From Parcubacteria group bacterium GW2011_GWD2_42_14 (lineage in GTDB: Bacteria; Patescibacteriota; Minisyncoccia; Phycocordibacterales; UBA12088), in the NCBI GenBank assembly GCA_000998045.1, contig LCCS01000007.1:5220-69219 (forward strand): a DNA stretch of 64,000 nucleotides, written 5' to 3'. The first letter of the stretch is position 1; every line of letters starts with the position of its first letter. The position numbers and the translations under genes are program-made. Of the stretch, positions 35,201-43,755 are shown one piece after another. The notes beneath the pieces were generated by a model. The model was not told the DNA's origin. It did not search any database and saw only the letters and a list, made by a program, of their open reading frames with translations.

Positions 35201-38200
35201 CCATTGGGGGTAAGAAAATGTGTGTTCTCATCAGGTACACCACCCTCCGCACTCGCAATGTTCGTCGTATTTTCCCCATGGGTAAGGTTCAATGAGTCGT
35301 ACATATCCCACGCACCACCGGCTTCACCGACTCGCGTCCACGTCGACACATCACCACAACTCGTTACTTTTTCACCGTACTCAAGACGAAAAGCTTTCGC
35401 GTTGGTGTTGACCTCTCCTTCGTTTGAAACTTCCAGACGGAGTCGGTACGGTCTTCCCATTTTCGTACTCGACAACGGGGTATCCTCTACTCCACCTGTT
35501 GCCGAAGTCGCCTCGGCTTCATTCCCATTGTTTTCCCGCCAGTGGTAGTGAACCTGGTGCAAGATACTTTTCTGCCACGCTACATATCGGTAGTTGTTGA
35601 TGCCGTTTGCGTTCGTCTCAGCAGCACTTCCCAGAGAAAAACCATTAAAAGTTGTTCCTGTAATTGCGCCGGCAACAGAGCCACTATTGATAAAGGGAAG
35701 TGCTCCATCTCCAACTATGTCAGAAAATCGCCATACACCTTGTGTTGCAGTCGTGCGTTTTATCCAAAGATGAAATGGTTGAAAACCAACAGTGATGTCT
35801 TGACTGGTGCCGTTACCGCTGTATGTTCCAAGTGCAAACGTACTTGATGTTGCAAATCCAAAATACCAATACATGTTTGCAGTAGCATTTACGTTTGAGG
35901 CGTTACCAACCTGAAAACCATCTGTGTTTAAAGTCTGAATTAAATTCACTCCATCAAGTGTCGCGGTAAAGTAACTTGAAAGATCTCCCGTGTGTTCTGT
36001 TGAACGCCACACACCGCCACTCACCCCATTATTCTTTATGGTGAGCATGTCTGGACTGAAAGGTAAATGTGTAATACTGCGATTATCAATTCCATTGCCG
36101 TAGTACGCACCAATAACAAAATCCGCTGCGCCAGAGTTGGTATCCGGATTCCATGCATTTCCAAACGCCGTCCAGTAGTACGTGACCCCGGGGGTATTAA
36201 CCGTTGCGTCGGTACCAATAGAGAAACTTTCCGATTGTAAGGAGGTAATACCTTCTGCGAAGTTTGCGTTTGGTGAATCAAGGTACGCGGTTGAATTTCC
36301 ACCCATAATCCTTGTTGAAAATACTCCTGCTTGTGTAGTGTTTCCTTTAATTATTACCAGATCTGGTTCAAAGCCAAGATCAGAAAATACGAGCGTGTTC
36401 CCTGTACCAACATATGAACCCGAATTCATCTGGTACGTGCCGTTTGCAACGTGAGGAGTAGCTCCACCAAAGGCAGCGTAGTAGTGCGTATTCCCGTTTC
36501 CGTTTGCTGTGTTGCTCGTTCCTACTTGGAAGCCGTCAGATTCCAGAGCCTGTACTGCATTTATCAAGTTCGCCGTATCGGCAAAATAGCTTGAACTGTC
36601 TCCATAGGATTCATTGAGCGAGTGGACTGCACCCACTGCAACATTTGCGTTTTTAGTAAATAACCAATCAGGGCGGAAACCGACACTTCCGATGCTTCTG
36701 TTATCGCTCGTATTTCCGGCATACGTACCTACATCCACTTCTCCTACCGATTCTTTAAACGTGGCAAAGTAATATATACCTGCATTCACGTTGTGCGTCG
36801 TCCCAACTGTAAAACCATTTGCATCTAGGGTCGTAAAGAATGTCCCTGTGGTATCTTCTACTGTTGCGGAAAAATACTGGGCATAGTTGACTGGCATCAC
36901 ACTTGAGCGCCACGTGGGGAGAACAGCGGTAGAGCGCTTCACCCACACCAAATCTGGCTGAAATCCAGAAGGGATGGCCTTCGTCGCACCACCGTCTCCT
37001 GTGTAGCGCCCTACACAAAAGGTCCCTCCCGAAGAACACTCAGATCCACTAAATGCAACCCATGTAAAACGATTGTTTAAATCATTAATTCCTGTTCCTG
37101 CTACACGAAATCCATCATTGGTTAACACGATGAGTCCTGCCGCATTGTCAGCGGTCGCACTCCCGAGGTAGGCAGTGTTGTTTTGGGGCATGGCCACGGT
37201 TTTCCAAACAGCACCCGTTCCGGCTGTGGTGTTCGCTTTAACAATTACCATGTCAGGAGTAAAGCCAAGTCCGCTTATCTCCTTCACTCCTCCATCTCCA
37301 ACGTAATATCCTGTTTGCGTTTTGTATGTTGCGGTACCACGGCTTGTAGTATCAGCCCACACTACATATCGGTAGTTATTAACCCCAAGTGTGTTTGCTT
37401 CCACCCCCGTCCCCACTGAAAAACCGTTCGCATAAAAACCAGTGAGGGCGTCCTGCACCAACGCAGTGTTTAAAAAAGGAAACGACGTCGCTCCTGTGGT
37501 ACTCGCCGTACGCAGAACCCCTTGTACTGCACCAGTTTGCTTCACCCATGCATGGTCTGGCGCGAAGCTTGTATCGACATTGTGTGCCACGCCGGTACCG
37601 CTGTAGGTACCTACTGCAAAGTTTGTCCCTGTTGCAAACCCGAAGTACCAATATAAGCTGGCTGCAGTATTCACGTTCGCAAGAGTACCTATTTGAAAAC
37701 CATCAACGGTTAAACTTTGAATTTGATTTGCACCATCGGCTAATGCATGAAAATAACTTGATACGTCACCAACATGCTCGCTTGAACGCCACACAGCTTG
37801 CGTAGCACCACTTGTCTTTACTGTTAGAAAATCAGGACTGAACGGTAAACGAGTAATACTTCTGTTGTCTAACCCATTTCCATAGTAGGCACCAATAACA
37901 AAATCTTGCGACCCAGTATTTGTCTTGGGGTTCCAGGCATTGCCGTACGCAGTCCACACATACTCGACACCATTTGTGTTGACGGTTGCATGACTACCAA
38001 TCGTAAAGCCGTTAGGTGAGAGCGTTGTGATACCTCCCGCAAAGTTCGCGGTTGCAACACCGAGGTATGCTGTGGAATCACCCCCCATCATACTTGTTGA
38101 GAACACCGCTTGTTCCGTAGAGCTTGCTTTCACAATGACTAAGTCTGGTGCAAAACCAAGATTCGATATAACTCGTGCATTACCATCTCCAACATAGGTA

Positions 38201-39267
38201 CCCGAAACTGCTGTAAACGTCCCTTGAGCACTATGGTCAACAGCACCACCAAAGGCAGCGTAGTAGTGCGTATTCCCGTTTCCGTTTGCGGTATTACTAG
38301 TCCCTACTTGAAACCCGTCAGATTCCAGAGCCTGTACTGCATTTATTAAGTTCGCCGTATCGGCAAAGTAGCTTGAGCTGTCACCGTAGGATTCGTTGAG
38401 CGAGTACACAGCACCCACCGTAGCATTGGCGTTCTTGGTAAACAGCCAGTCGGGACGAAAGCCAACATCAGGAATGCTTCTGTTGTCACTTGTATTTCCA
38501 GTATAGGTACCAACATCGATAACACCCGCCACTTCTTTAAATGCCATGTAGGAGTAAATACCCCCAACAGCATTGTTCGTCGCACCTACACTAAACCCTG
38601 TTGCGTCAAGTGTCGTAAAATATGCACCGGTGCTGTTTTCGAGAGTCGCTGAGAAAAATTGAGCGTAATTGTCTGGCATACTACTTGAGCGCCAGTTTGC
38701 CAAAACAGCTGTTGATTGCTTCACGATGACCAAGTCGGGGTCAAACCCTGTCGGTACCGCCTGAGTCGCGTTACCGTCACCTGTATATCTCCCCACACAT
38801 AGTTGTCCACCAGCACTACAATCAGAACCAGAAAACGCCACCCATGTGTAACGGTTGTTAACCGTATCGGAAAGTGTACCTGTTACGATAAAACCGTTTG
38901 GAGTAAATTGTATTTGAGCCGTGGTATTGTCTGCTGTTGCAACACCCAAGTACGCCACATTATTTTTTGGCATACCAATAGTTTTCATAATAGCGCCCGT
39001 ACCCCCTGCGGTGTCAGCTTTCAGTATTACCACCTCGGGGGTAAACCCAAGCCCGGAAATCTCATTTGAAGATCCGCTTCCCACATAATAACCCGTCTGC
39101 ATCTGGTAGGTAGCAGCTACTACGCGAGTGATGCCGAGGAACCGTGCTATTGGATTATGGAAAACAATTATAAGCACAAGCAGAAGTACCCCCAAGAGAA
39201 GCACAAAACGCCTCACAAAGAGGTGTTGCCATATACGGGATAGTTTGTGAACAATAAACTCCTTCAT
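29266..39267 (-). CDS. Giant repeat-rich surface protein (3333 aa). N-terminal TM/signal, ~95-aa G-x-Y-x-G-x-G...GF-x-PD...W(R/K)SS modules with a recent internal duplication, three ~350-aa HYHWR-type repeats, and a C-terminal beta-rich region.
   Basis: Continuous ORF with N-terminus MKEFIVHKLSRIWQHLFVRRFVLLLGVLLLVLIIVF. The stretch VGFRPDWLFTKNAN..VG.AV.SLNESYGDSSSYFADTANLINAVQALESDGFQVGTSNTANGNGNTHYYAAFGGA occurs twice (near-identical DNA at ~36460 and ~38260). The HYHWR(E/L/N)..G.E ... FRLEY ... AWDMY.SLNLT.G..TTNI ... DEN..FLTPN ... YCFRV block occurs 3 times. Confidence 0.75.
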   Translation of the reverse strand: MKEFIVHKLSRIWQHLFVRRFVLLLGVLLLVLIIVFHNPIARFLGITRVVAATYQMQTGYYVGSGSSNEISGLGFTPEVVILKADTAGGTGAIMKTIGMPKNNVAYLGVATADNTTAQIQFTPNGFIVTGTLSDTVNNRYTWVAFSGSDCSAGGQLCVGRYTGDGNATQAVPTGFDPDLVIVKQSTAVLANWRSSSMPDNYAQFFSATLENSTGAYFTTLDATGFSVGATNNAVGGIYSYMAFKEVAGVIDVGTYTGNTSDNRSIPDVGFRPDWLFTKNANATVGAVYSLNESYGDSSSYFADTANLINAVQALESDGFQVGTSNTANGNGNTHYYAAFGGAVDHSAQGTFTAVSGTYVGDGNARVISNLGFAPDLVIVKASSTEQAVFSTSMMGGDSTAYLGVATANFAGGITTLSPNGFTIGSHATVNTNGVEYVWTAYGNAWNPKTNTGSQDFVIGAYYGNGLDNRSITRLPFSPDFLTVKTSGATQAVWRSSEHVGDVSSYFHALADGANQIQSLTVDGFQIGTLANVNTAASLYWYFGFATGTNFAVGTYSGTGVAHNVDTSFAPDHAWVKQTGAVQGVLRTASTTGATSFPFLNTALVQDALTGFYANGFSVGTGVEANTLGVNNYRYVVWADTTSRGTATYKTQTGYYVGDGGVKEISGLGFTPDMVIVKANTTAGTGAVWKTVAMPQNNTAYLGSATADNAAGLIVLTNDGFRVAGTGINDLNNRFTWVAFSGSECSSGGTFCVGRYTGDGGATKAIPSGFQPDLVWVKRSTAVLPTWRSSVMPVNYAQYFSATVEDTTGTFFTTLDANGFTVGTTHNVNAGIYYFATFKESVGEVDVGTYAGNTSDNRSIGSVGFRPDWLFTKNANVAVGAVHSLNESYGDSSSYFADTANLINAVQALESDGFQVGTSNTANGNGNTHYYAAFGGATPHVANGTYQMNSGSYVGTGNTLVFSDLGFEPDLVIIKGNTTQAGVFSTRIMGGNSTAYLDSPNANFAEGITSLQSESFSIGTDATVNTPGVTYYWTAFGNAWNPDTNSGAADFVIGAYYGNGIDNRSITHLPFSPDMLTIKNNGVSGGVWRSTEHTGDLSSYFTATLDGVNLIQTLNTDGFQVGNASNVNATANMYWYFGFATSSTFALGTYSGNGTSQDITVGFQPFHLWIKRTTATQGVWRFSDIVGDGALPFINSGSVAGAITGTTFNGFSLGSAAETNANGINNYRYVAWQKSILHQVHYHWRENNGNEAEATSATGGVEDTPLSSTKMGRPYRLRLEVSNEGEVNTNAKAFRLEYGEKVTSCGDVSTWTRVGEAGGAWDMYDSLNLTHGENTTNIASAEGGVPDENTHFLTPNGAVLDTGDETGMLTVNGADFLELEYAISPTSFAIDTTQYCFRVSDQGAPLSEYPRYPEATYRIHAFATTTGAQVAEMTIPSVSQHVGGAFVIVDNGSVETHTVTDVTITETGTVDAQNSLDNITLLYEFDTTAPYDCASESYGGSELQYGVTDADGFSGANGTASFAGAVSASSTQAVCLYPIMDVTTNALSGETIELQITSGNDVVLGGGDLLLIQSEPLEIPDTTTLTAPLLTQTHYHWRLDNGSESGAGSATEGNEDTVLTNFPEASPQRIRVQVSNEGISASTATTFRLEYALLNGTCSATTEGWTNVASVDGAWDMYNSLNLTEGNSTTNIGEATGGVTDENAVFLTPNGGVRDTTSETGALILEPDEFVELEYSVVALAGAVDGGSYCFRVTDSGTALPVYNTFPEVAMMSDVFVSAQGAHVEAVQASSTNNYLGGTLVLQDFSGPRDVNSIILSETGTVDAQNNLKNIKLLYELDSSSPYTCASESYDGNEEQYGSTAVNGFSSANGTITFTETVGITDSFAICVYAVMDVDSDAGNLETIQISIANPSTDVSVSTGTINPSYPVGPTGSTTIEKSLLVLEHYHFRNDDGSESLATSKTGGVEDVPITGALSGVVERLRFAVSNKGATSSDPSVFTLEYAERVTTCSAISEWATVGSTGAVWSPSESEEVTAGSDTTNIAAALGGVSDENAIFLTPNSGVIENTAVSDILTLEPDEFMELEYVIEPNIDATAGTTYCFRVRDEEGALAYETYAEAVVSTNQDFYIQRGVSDIANTTSSVTITAGVEYVAPKASTSAFIRITNASHTGAGATSGGGTQNASNVTTSIQNPSNITNSVTFQRTGITNSTRIYWEIIEYTGPAGGDNEMIVRAQENAIYGSANTTVTTPTIEDVANDNDVVVFITGQQNPSANSTGYPAGLSTAVWNSGSDDATFTRGITGSVASVVSYAIVEFTGDNWKTQRSEHTYNTPGATEVENITPVNDLSRAFLHTQKRVIDNRVDEYGHQVWLSSVGQVAYSVPGTVRTASSHTSVAWVIENTQITGSPMVVARSNATQNAGGVEPSTYSIAIGRTLSSLSNGSIFMNMWGLGTDTVHPRAIMGAGITSTTFYQLWISDTGTGRAYRTEVVDWPTAVLKVSQNYFRFYVDNDTLDPTDPWPLGVADLGENTTITGLDMAPSDGDRVRVRMSLSVSGANISQGTKQYKLQYGTRDTACSAISTWLDTGDSASTTVLWRGYNATPLSGSTLSTNPPTVGDLNLSVSSRAGTYEEANPTALNPYKIYFGDDVEYDWILEANGVVDFSSYCFRMVESDGSELDEYLYYPTITIAGFDTEQKDWRWYDDETAVTPVSSLAATNTAPSNIPQAEVLKLRVLVEEIAGRDGGNTKFKLQWSEFSDFSVVTDVTDRDSCTTSSPWCYADGAGAEGEFIDEAVLATSDSCVGGVGDGCGTYNEYSYTPEVVGEVGTTTADSVGTTVTLAHTYIDPVFIVEAISGDTGGGALNRPAVAIITGTTTSSFTVRIQEPDNEPDTHGEELLSYIVMERGSYTLPDGRKVDVNTLDTNHYYGNAVSGASDDTCTFTQTFSSTPVILTSLQTNNNTNSPDFLTTSIALPNANTFACSIEVPDGETAEPTNTETIGWIAIEGGVFTNNGIAFEATTTTESITGWADIPWYEQAFTQLFIGIPGIIAHKQTRNGAEGGWVRYGNVDADSAQFAIDERDDGELTHTSEVIAYLAHATGGVLYRAGDSGFVFTNVTKKEFEFTLQHNNARNNMTYFFRLYDVERDTPVTASTTLTSYPSLSTEGATLSFSIQGVTAGFSTEGYVADVETSATSIPFGVLELGVPKEAVQRLTVTTNATEGYQVVAYERQNLMSSGGVGIEDIAGSNSSPVPWTTGCLVTAQSCYGYHAGDNTLTGGSTRFLLNDTFAPLTETLEEIAYSSGPVHDETTDIIYRIGAGEGQPAGIYESKIVYIVLPVF

Positions 39268-39276
39268 ACTACTGCA

Positions 39277-40689
39277 CTATTCAATTACAGGATCTGCATC
39301 AGAATCGGTATCTTCTTTCGTACTGGTGCTTATCGAATTCGTTCCTTGCGGTATAGCTTCCGGTACTTCATCTCTCGGAGTTTTTGGTACAAACGGCTGT
39401 GGGTTTGCCTTGGTGCCAAGCTCAGTCATTTCTCCCGTGTCGAGATCGTACCCAATAGTTTCTACATCACCATTGTCGTGCTTTGAATCAAACAGAAGAG
39501 CAAAGCGTGGGTTTTCATACTTTGTCCCCTCATTTTTTTCAAGTGTATGTTTTTTTTCGGTACGCATGTCGTACACCACAACCTCCCACGAAGAGCCTCG
39601 TTCGCTTTGCCAGGTGATAAGTCCGTCATACGCAGCTGGAAACATATCATGCACCACGTTGTCGGTAAGCTGTTCTATGTCAAACTCTTGCCCAATATCA
39701 TCTATGTCGGTCATCATGATTTCCCAGTTGGTATCCATCCATTCCTGCCAAACAATGGTGTCTCCCGCAATACTTGGGTTCGTGCTGTTTTGCCTGTTTT
39801 TCGTAACTTGGCGCGTCGTCTTGGTAGGTATCTCATGTATCATAATTTGTAGACGATCGTTCAACATTGCTTGCCAAACAATGCGCAAGGTTTCATCGTC
39901 AAACACTGGAGCAAAATCATCGTAGCTATTGTTCGTAATACGATGAATCTCAATACCATCAAAGTAAAATATTTCTTTGTCACCTTCCCTGTCCTTTTCT
40001 GCATACACGCGAGGATCTTCACTCGACACCTGCCGTTCTGGACCTGCAGCAACACAGTAGAATTCCCCATCAGACACCAAGGTACAATCTCCCTCGCCAA
40101 AAACATACTTATTCTCCATGTTGTGCACCACAGGTACCTCTCCATCAAAAACTTCATCAGTCGTTGTCGCGCTATCTTCTAAAGACTCATCGTCGACGTC
40201 GGTAACGACGTCGTTTTCATCAGTACCTGCAGTATTAGCACCCACATCACCTGTGACTTCGTTTTCGGTAGCACCTTCGTCTTCAAAACCGTCGTCAGAC
40301 GGAGGTGTTTCCTCATCTGTAACGGTCACATTTTCCTCAGTGTCATGAACATCGACTACTGCATCTTCTTCTGGCGAATCAGTCACCCCTTCGCCAGTTT
40401 CAGAAACAGCGTCTATATCGTCGTTACTAGTTTGGGTCACCTCTTCTCCATTGGTAACTACCTCTTCAGTCTCTGGGGTAGAATCTTCTTCTGCATCATA
40501 CACGTCCGCTTCAGGCACTATCGAGTCAGCTATTTCAGCACCTGAATCATCTACCACCTCACTAGAATCATTCCCCACATCTTCCGTTGTTTGAGAAAGA
40601 GGAGTACTTGGGGTATCTTCAAGCTCCATACCCATCGCTACGTAGACGGGTTGAAAAAGTATGAGCAAAATCAATATTTGTGTCACCAT
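39277..40689 (-). CDS. Secreted protein with signal peptide, long acidic D/E/T-rich N-terminal region and C-terminal beta-propeller-like repeats (IVWQ/ITWQ blades)
   Basis: Start taken at ATG 40689 (MVTQILILLILFQPVYVAMG); the 106 codons upstream in the track ORF lack signal features. Repeats LRIVWQAMLNDRLQIMIHEI, DTIVWQEWMDTNWEIMMTDI and GLITWQSERGSSWEVVVYDM. Confidence 0.55.
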   Translation of the reverse strand: MVTQILILLILFQPVYVAMGMELEDTPSTPLSQTTEDVGNDSSEVVDDSGAEIADSIVPEADVYDAEEDSTPETEEVVTNGEEVTQTSNDDIDAVSETGEGVTDSPEEDAVVDVHDTEENVTVTDEETPPSDDGFEDEGATENEVTGDVGANTAGTDENDVVTDVDDESLEDSATTTDEVFDGEVPVVHNMENKYVFGEGDCTLVSDGEFYCVAAGPERQVSSEDPRVYAEKDREGDKEIFYFDGIEIHRITNNSYDDFAPVFDDETLRIVWQAMLNDRLQIMIHEIPTKTTRQVTKNRQNSTNPSIAGDTIVWQEWMDTNWEIMMTDIDDIGQEFDIEQLTDNVVHDMFPAAYDGLITWQSERGSSWEVVVYDMRTEKKHTLEKNEGTKYENPRFALLFDSKHDNGDVETIGYDLDTGEMTELGTKANPQPFVPKTPRDEVPEAIPQGTNSISTSTKEDTDSDADPVIE

Positions 40690-41113
40690 ACGACCAAGGT
40701 AGCTGTCAATACCAAAACGAACCAACAAACTACTTGCAGGTGACCTGTCATGAGAAAAAATTTCTGATGATACTCGTCTTTGGGGAGAATCCCTTGAGGA
40801 CGCCAAGTAAAGTTTTTGAGGAATGTTTGGTGGAGGCTTAGGTTTTGAATGTAGAGCAATGTTACTATAGCTTGATACTGAGCCATTTTTTTGGCATGAC
40901 GGCGCATACACACCCCTAGGTTTGAGTATAACCGTATGGTTTTTTGTGTGATTTGACCGTGATGACATTGACATATACCAGCTAAAAAACGCAGAGAAAT
41001 TGCGCAATTTATCACATATATTGTATCACTACGTCACAGAGGTACTTCTACCTATTTTCCACATTGCAAATCCTAGGTTTTATGTCAAAAAAATTATGCA
41101 AAAAAGACAGCGT

Positions 41114-41163
41114 AATTCAGAAAAAAAAGATAAAAAAGTCACAAGATTTCTCTTGCGACTTTT
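41114..41163 (-). terminator. Rho-independent terminator for 41190..41756
   Basis: On the minus strand, AAAAGTCGCAAG-AGAAAT-CTTGTGACTTTT (12-bp stem) is followed by TTATCTTTTTTTTCTG. Confidence 0.55.
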
Positions 41164-41189
41164 CTAAAAATTATTTGTAAACCCTTTAA

Positions 41190-41756
41190 TTACTCTTGAA
41201 AATCTGCTCGCATCATTCCTCGATGTAGCCCTCGTTGAAATCCTTGACCTACACGATTTGGCATTTCAAGTCCTAATTCTTCGCGGAGCTCATTTGCACG
41301 TACTATATCACCTGCCTCCATTGCCTCATGCATTGCAACAAACGTAGGGAAATTTTCTTCTGTTACCACTTCACGTATTTTTCCTCTTCCCCAATCTTCT
41401 GATTCAGATATAAAATCAGACCATGCCTCAAAATCGTTTTCTTCCAAAACTTTCGCAAGTTCCTCATGTCGCTCCATCTGCTCATTGTGTCGTTGTGACA
41501 TTGCTGTAAAACGTTCTTCAGTGAGTCCTTGTTTACACTGAGTAGACGCTATTTCTAACCATGATTCGTAATCACCCTCTTCAAGAGCTTGGTTGAACGC
41601 TTCACGTGTTTCTGCGCTTACCTGACCACGAAATCCTATGGTGTTTGTGTCATAAAATGCAGACACTCCTACCGCTCCTGCAAGTCCTGCTCCTATAATA
41701 GCTGCTACTGCGGAAAAACTAAGTAGTCGCGCATCTAGTGTTGTAATTTTTTTCAT
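41190..41756 (-). CDS. Secreted/membrane-anchored hypothetical protein (N-terminal TM, helical E/R-rich domain)
   Basis: MKKITTLDARLLSFSAVAAIIGAGLAGAVGVSA signal/TM; no motif. Confidence 0.5.
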   Translation of the reverse strand: MKKITTLDARLLSFSAVAAIIGAGLAGAVGVSAFYDTNTIGFRGQVSAETREAFNQALEEGDYESWLEIASTQCKQGLTEERFTAMSQRHNEQMERHEELAKVLEENDFEAWSDFISESEDWGRGKIREVVTEENFPTFVAMHEAMEAGDIVRANELREELGLEMPNRVGQGFQRGLHRGMMRADFQE

Positions 41757-41808
41757 ATAAGTTAAATGAATTATTAATTGATTCTACTTGCTTACTACGT
41801 TCGTTTTT

Positions 41809-42603
41809 CTATCTTTCTTTCATTTCAGAAGGTTGGGATATTCGTACATGATTAGTCAAAGGACCACCACGTCCATGAAACGGCTGAACCAGTGTGGATT
41901 TAAACACATTTTCTCCTCCCTCTATGGTTGTTGTACCGACTACTCGTACCCGCATGCCCTCATGTGGCATTCTGAACGGGTGGTTATCATTTTCAGTGAT
42001 AATCACAACCTTGAGTACTTCACCATCCAATTTTTGTAACGTAAATGTTTCTTTTTCAACATTCGTGACCGTCCCCGCGATAACACCCTGATCTGTATCC
42101 ATCCACATTTTCGGTTGAAAATTCGTAAGGGGTCTATACATTGGCATTTCGGTGAGTAAGTAGCGGTCAATTGCTTCACCTACCCCTAATGCATGTGCAC
42201 TTGACCCTATCAAAATACTTACACCGACAGCAAGCGCCACGAGCCACGAGGAACTCCATCGGTATCCACGACGAGTCTCACGAAGCGCATAGACCGTATA
42301 AAAAATTGCTATACACAAGAGAAACAACCATAGAAACGGCACCAAACGAAAAAGAAACAACAGGTCAGAAAAGAGTATGTGGTGTTCCATAAAACGTGAT
42401 GCGTTTCCAATGTATATCGTAAGTGCTGTTGCCAAGCTTCCTATGAGCAGTGCCACACACACCATTCCCCACACTACCCACTCACGAACAAAAAAGTGCC
42501 ACTTTGGTTTTGGGTTCAAGCCTTTTTGTTCAATCAGATCCAAAATCTTTTTGCTCAAGTGTGGCGCCTCTGTTTTGTTTTGCTCGTCAATCATGTTGTT
42601 CAT
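41809..42603 (-). CDS. Putative anti-sigma factor / membrane protein partner of the ECF sigma factor
   Basis: Directly downstream of, and overlapping or abutting, the ECF sigma gene. It has TM helices and a C-terminal extracytoplasmic domain. First ATG at 42603; the track ORF starts at GTG 42630. Confidence 0.45.
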   Translation of the reverse strand: MNNMIDEQNKTEAPHLSKKILDLIEQKGLNPKPKWHFFVREWVVWGMVCVALLIGSLATALTIYIGNASRFMEHHILFSDLLFLFRLVPFLWLFLLCIAIFYTVYALRETRRGYRWSSSWLVALAVGVSILIGSSAHALGVGEAIDRYLLTEMPMYRPLTNFQPKMWMDTDQGVIAGTVTNVEKETFTLQKLDGEVLKVVIITENDNHPFRMPHEGMRVRVVGTTTIEGGENVFKSTLVQPFHGRGGPLTNHVRISQPSEMKER

Positions 42604-43150
42604 GCATACTGCTAAATTGTTTTTTCGCACGATGTATAAGTGTCGCTACTGTTCCACTTGGTGTGGTAAGAATGTCACTTATTTCCTCATAGCTTTTCCC
42701 CTCAAGAAAGTGTAGAACGAGAACGGTGTAATATTTTTCAGGCATATGCGAGAGAGTTCGTGCAACCGCGTCTTTGGTGAGCGTATACTCATGCGTACCA
42801 CGTGACACTTCCATACTATGTGCAAATGTTTGAAAGTCATCATCTCCCAGTGCTACTGTGTCCGGACGGACTTTTTTCTTACGGAGCCAATTTATTGCTT
42901 CGTTATGGGCTATGCGGTATATCCATGAGGAAAAGGAAAGTGCTGTATCGAACCCCTGCACATTGACATACGCTTTTATGAAAACTTCCTGCAAGACATC
43001 ATGGGCTTCTTCACCTAGTCCCGGCATTATACGCTTGAGATAGCGAAGTAACTTTTCTTCATACCTATCAACAAGGCACGCAAAGGCTTCGCGCTCAGTG
43101 CTCACGCGAATCATTATTTCCTCGTCGGTCTGTCCGGTACAATCTGCCAC
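42587..43150 (-). CDS. ECF-family RNA polymerase sigma factor (sigma-70 regions 2 and 4)
   Basis: EAFACLVDRYEEKLLRYLKRI, DVLQEVFIKAYVNVQGF (region 2), and YYTVLVLHFLEGKSYEEISDILTTPSGTVATLIHRAKKQF (region 4 HTH). Confidence 0.75.
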   Translation of the reverse strand: MADCTGQTDEEIMIRVSTEREAFACLVDRYEEKLLRYLKRIMPGLGEEAHDVLQEVFIKAYVNVQGFDTALSFSSWIYRIAHNEAINWLRKKKVRPDTVALGDDDFQTFAHSMEVSRGTHEYTLTKDAVARTLSHMPEKYYTVLVLHFLEGKSYEEISDILTTPSGTVATLIHRAKKQFSSMHEQHD

Positions 43151-43287
43151 GATATCATCAGTGTACTACGTTAACGGGTTGCTGTTTCTTTCAAAATAGT
43201 GTGAAAATGTTTTGAGTTTACATACACAATATAGTCCATGGCAGACCTGGAACTAAACTCAGAAAGTACAAGTTGAAAAGGAGATAT

Positions 43288-43755
43288 TTACTTTTTTGTT
43301 GAAAGTAAATCGCGAATTTCAGTAAGCAACTGTTCCTGTTTTGACAGTATAGCTTTTTCTTCTTCTTCAGATTCTTTCTTCAGATTCTCCTCTTCTTTTT
43401 GAGCTTTTTTAAGAGTTTTAGCAATAACCAAATCTTTTTGTTTTTGAATTTCATTCATACCTTTCACAACGAGAAAAATGACAAAAGCCACTATGAGAAA
43501 GGTAATAATTGAGTTTATAAAAAATCCATACTGTACCGTTACCGCAGGAGCATCATTCACCGATTCTTTCAACGTCCATCGTAAATCACTAAAATCAATT
43601 CCTCCTGTAATATACCCAATCACGGGCATGATAATGTCATTCGTGAGCGAAGTGACAATCTTACCAAAAGCACCGCCCACCACCACAGCAACTGCCAAAT
43701 CAACCACATTGCCTCGCATGGCAAACTGCTTAAATTCTTCTAGAAAGTTTTTCAT
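43288..43755 (-). CDS. mscL: Large-conductance mechanosensitive channel MscL
   Basis: MKNFLEEFKQFAMRGNVVDLAVAVVVGGAFGKIVTSLTNDIIMPVIGYITGGIDF closely matches the MscL N-terminus; second TM and charged C-terminal helix present. Confidence 0.85.
   Translation of the reverse strand: MKNFLEEFKQFAMRGNVVDLAVAVVVGGAFGKIVTSLTNDIIMPVIGYITGGIDFSDLRWTLKESVNDAPAVTVQYGFFINSIITFLIVAFVIFLVVKGMNEIQKQKDLVIAKTLKKAQKEEENLKKESEEEEKAILSKQEQLLTEIRDLLSTKK

Noticed and set aside
41809-42630. Using the GTG at 42630 as the anti-sigma start
   Set aside because: It would overlap the sigma factor gene by 44 nt, so the first ATG (42603) was preferred. This remains uncertain.
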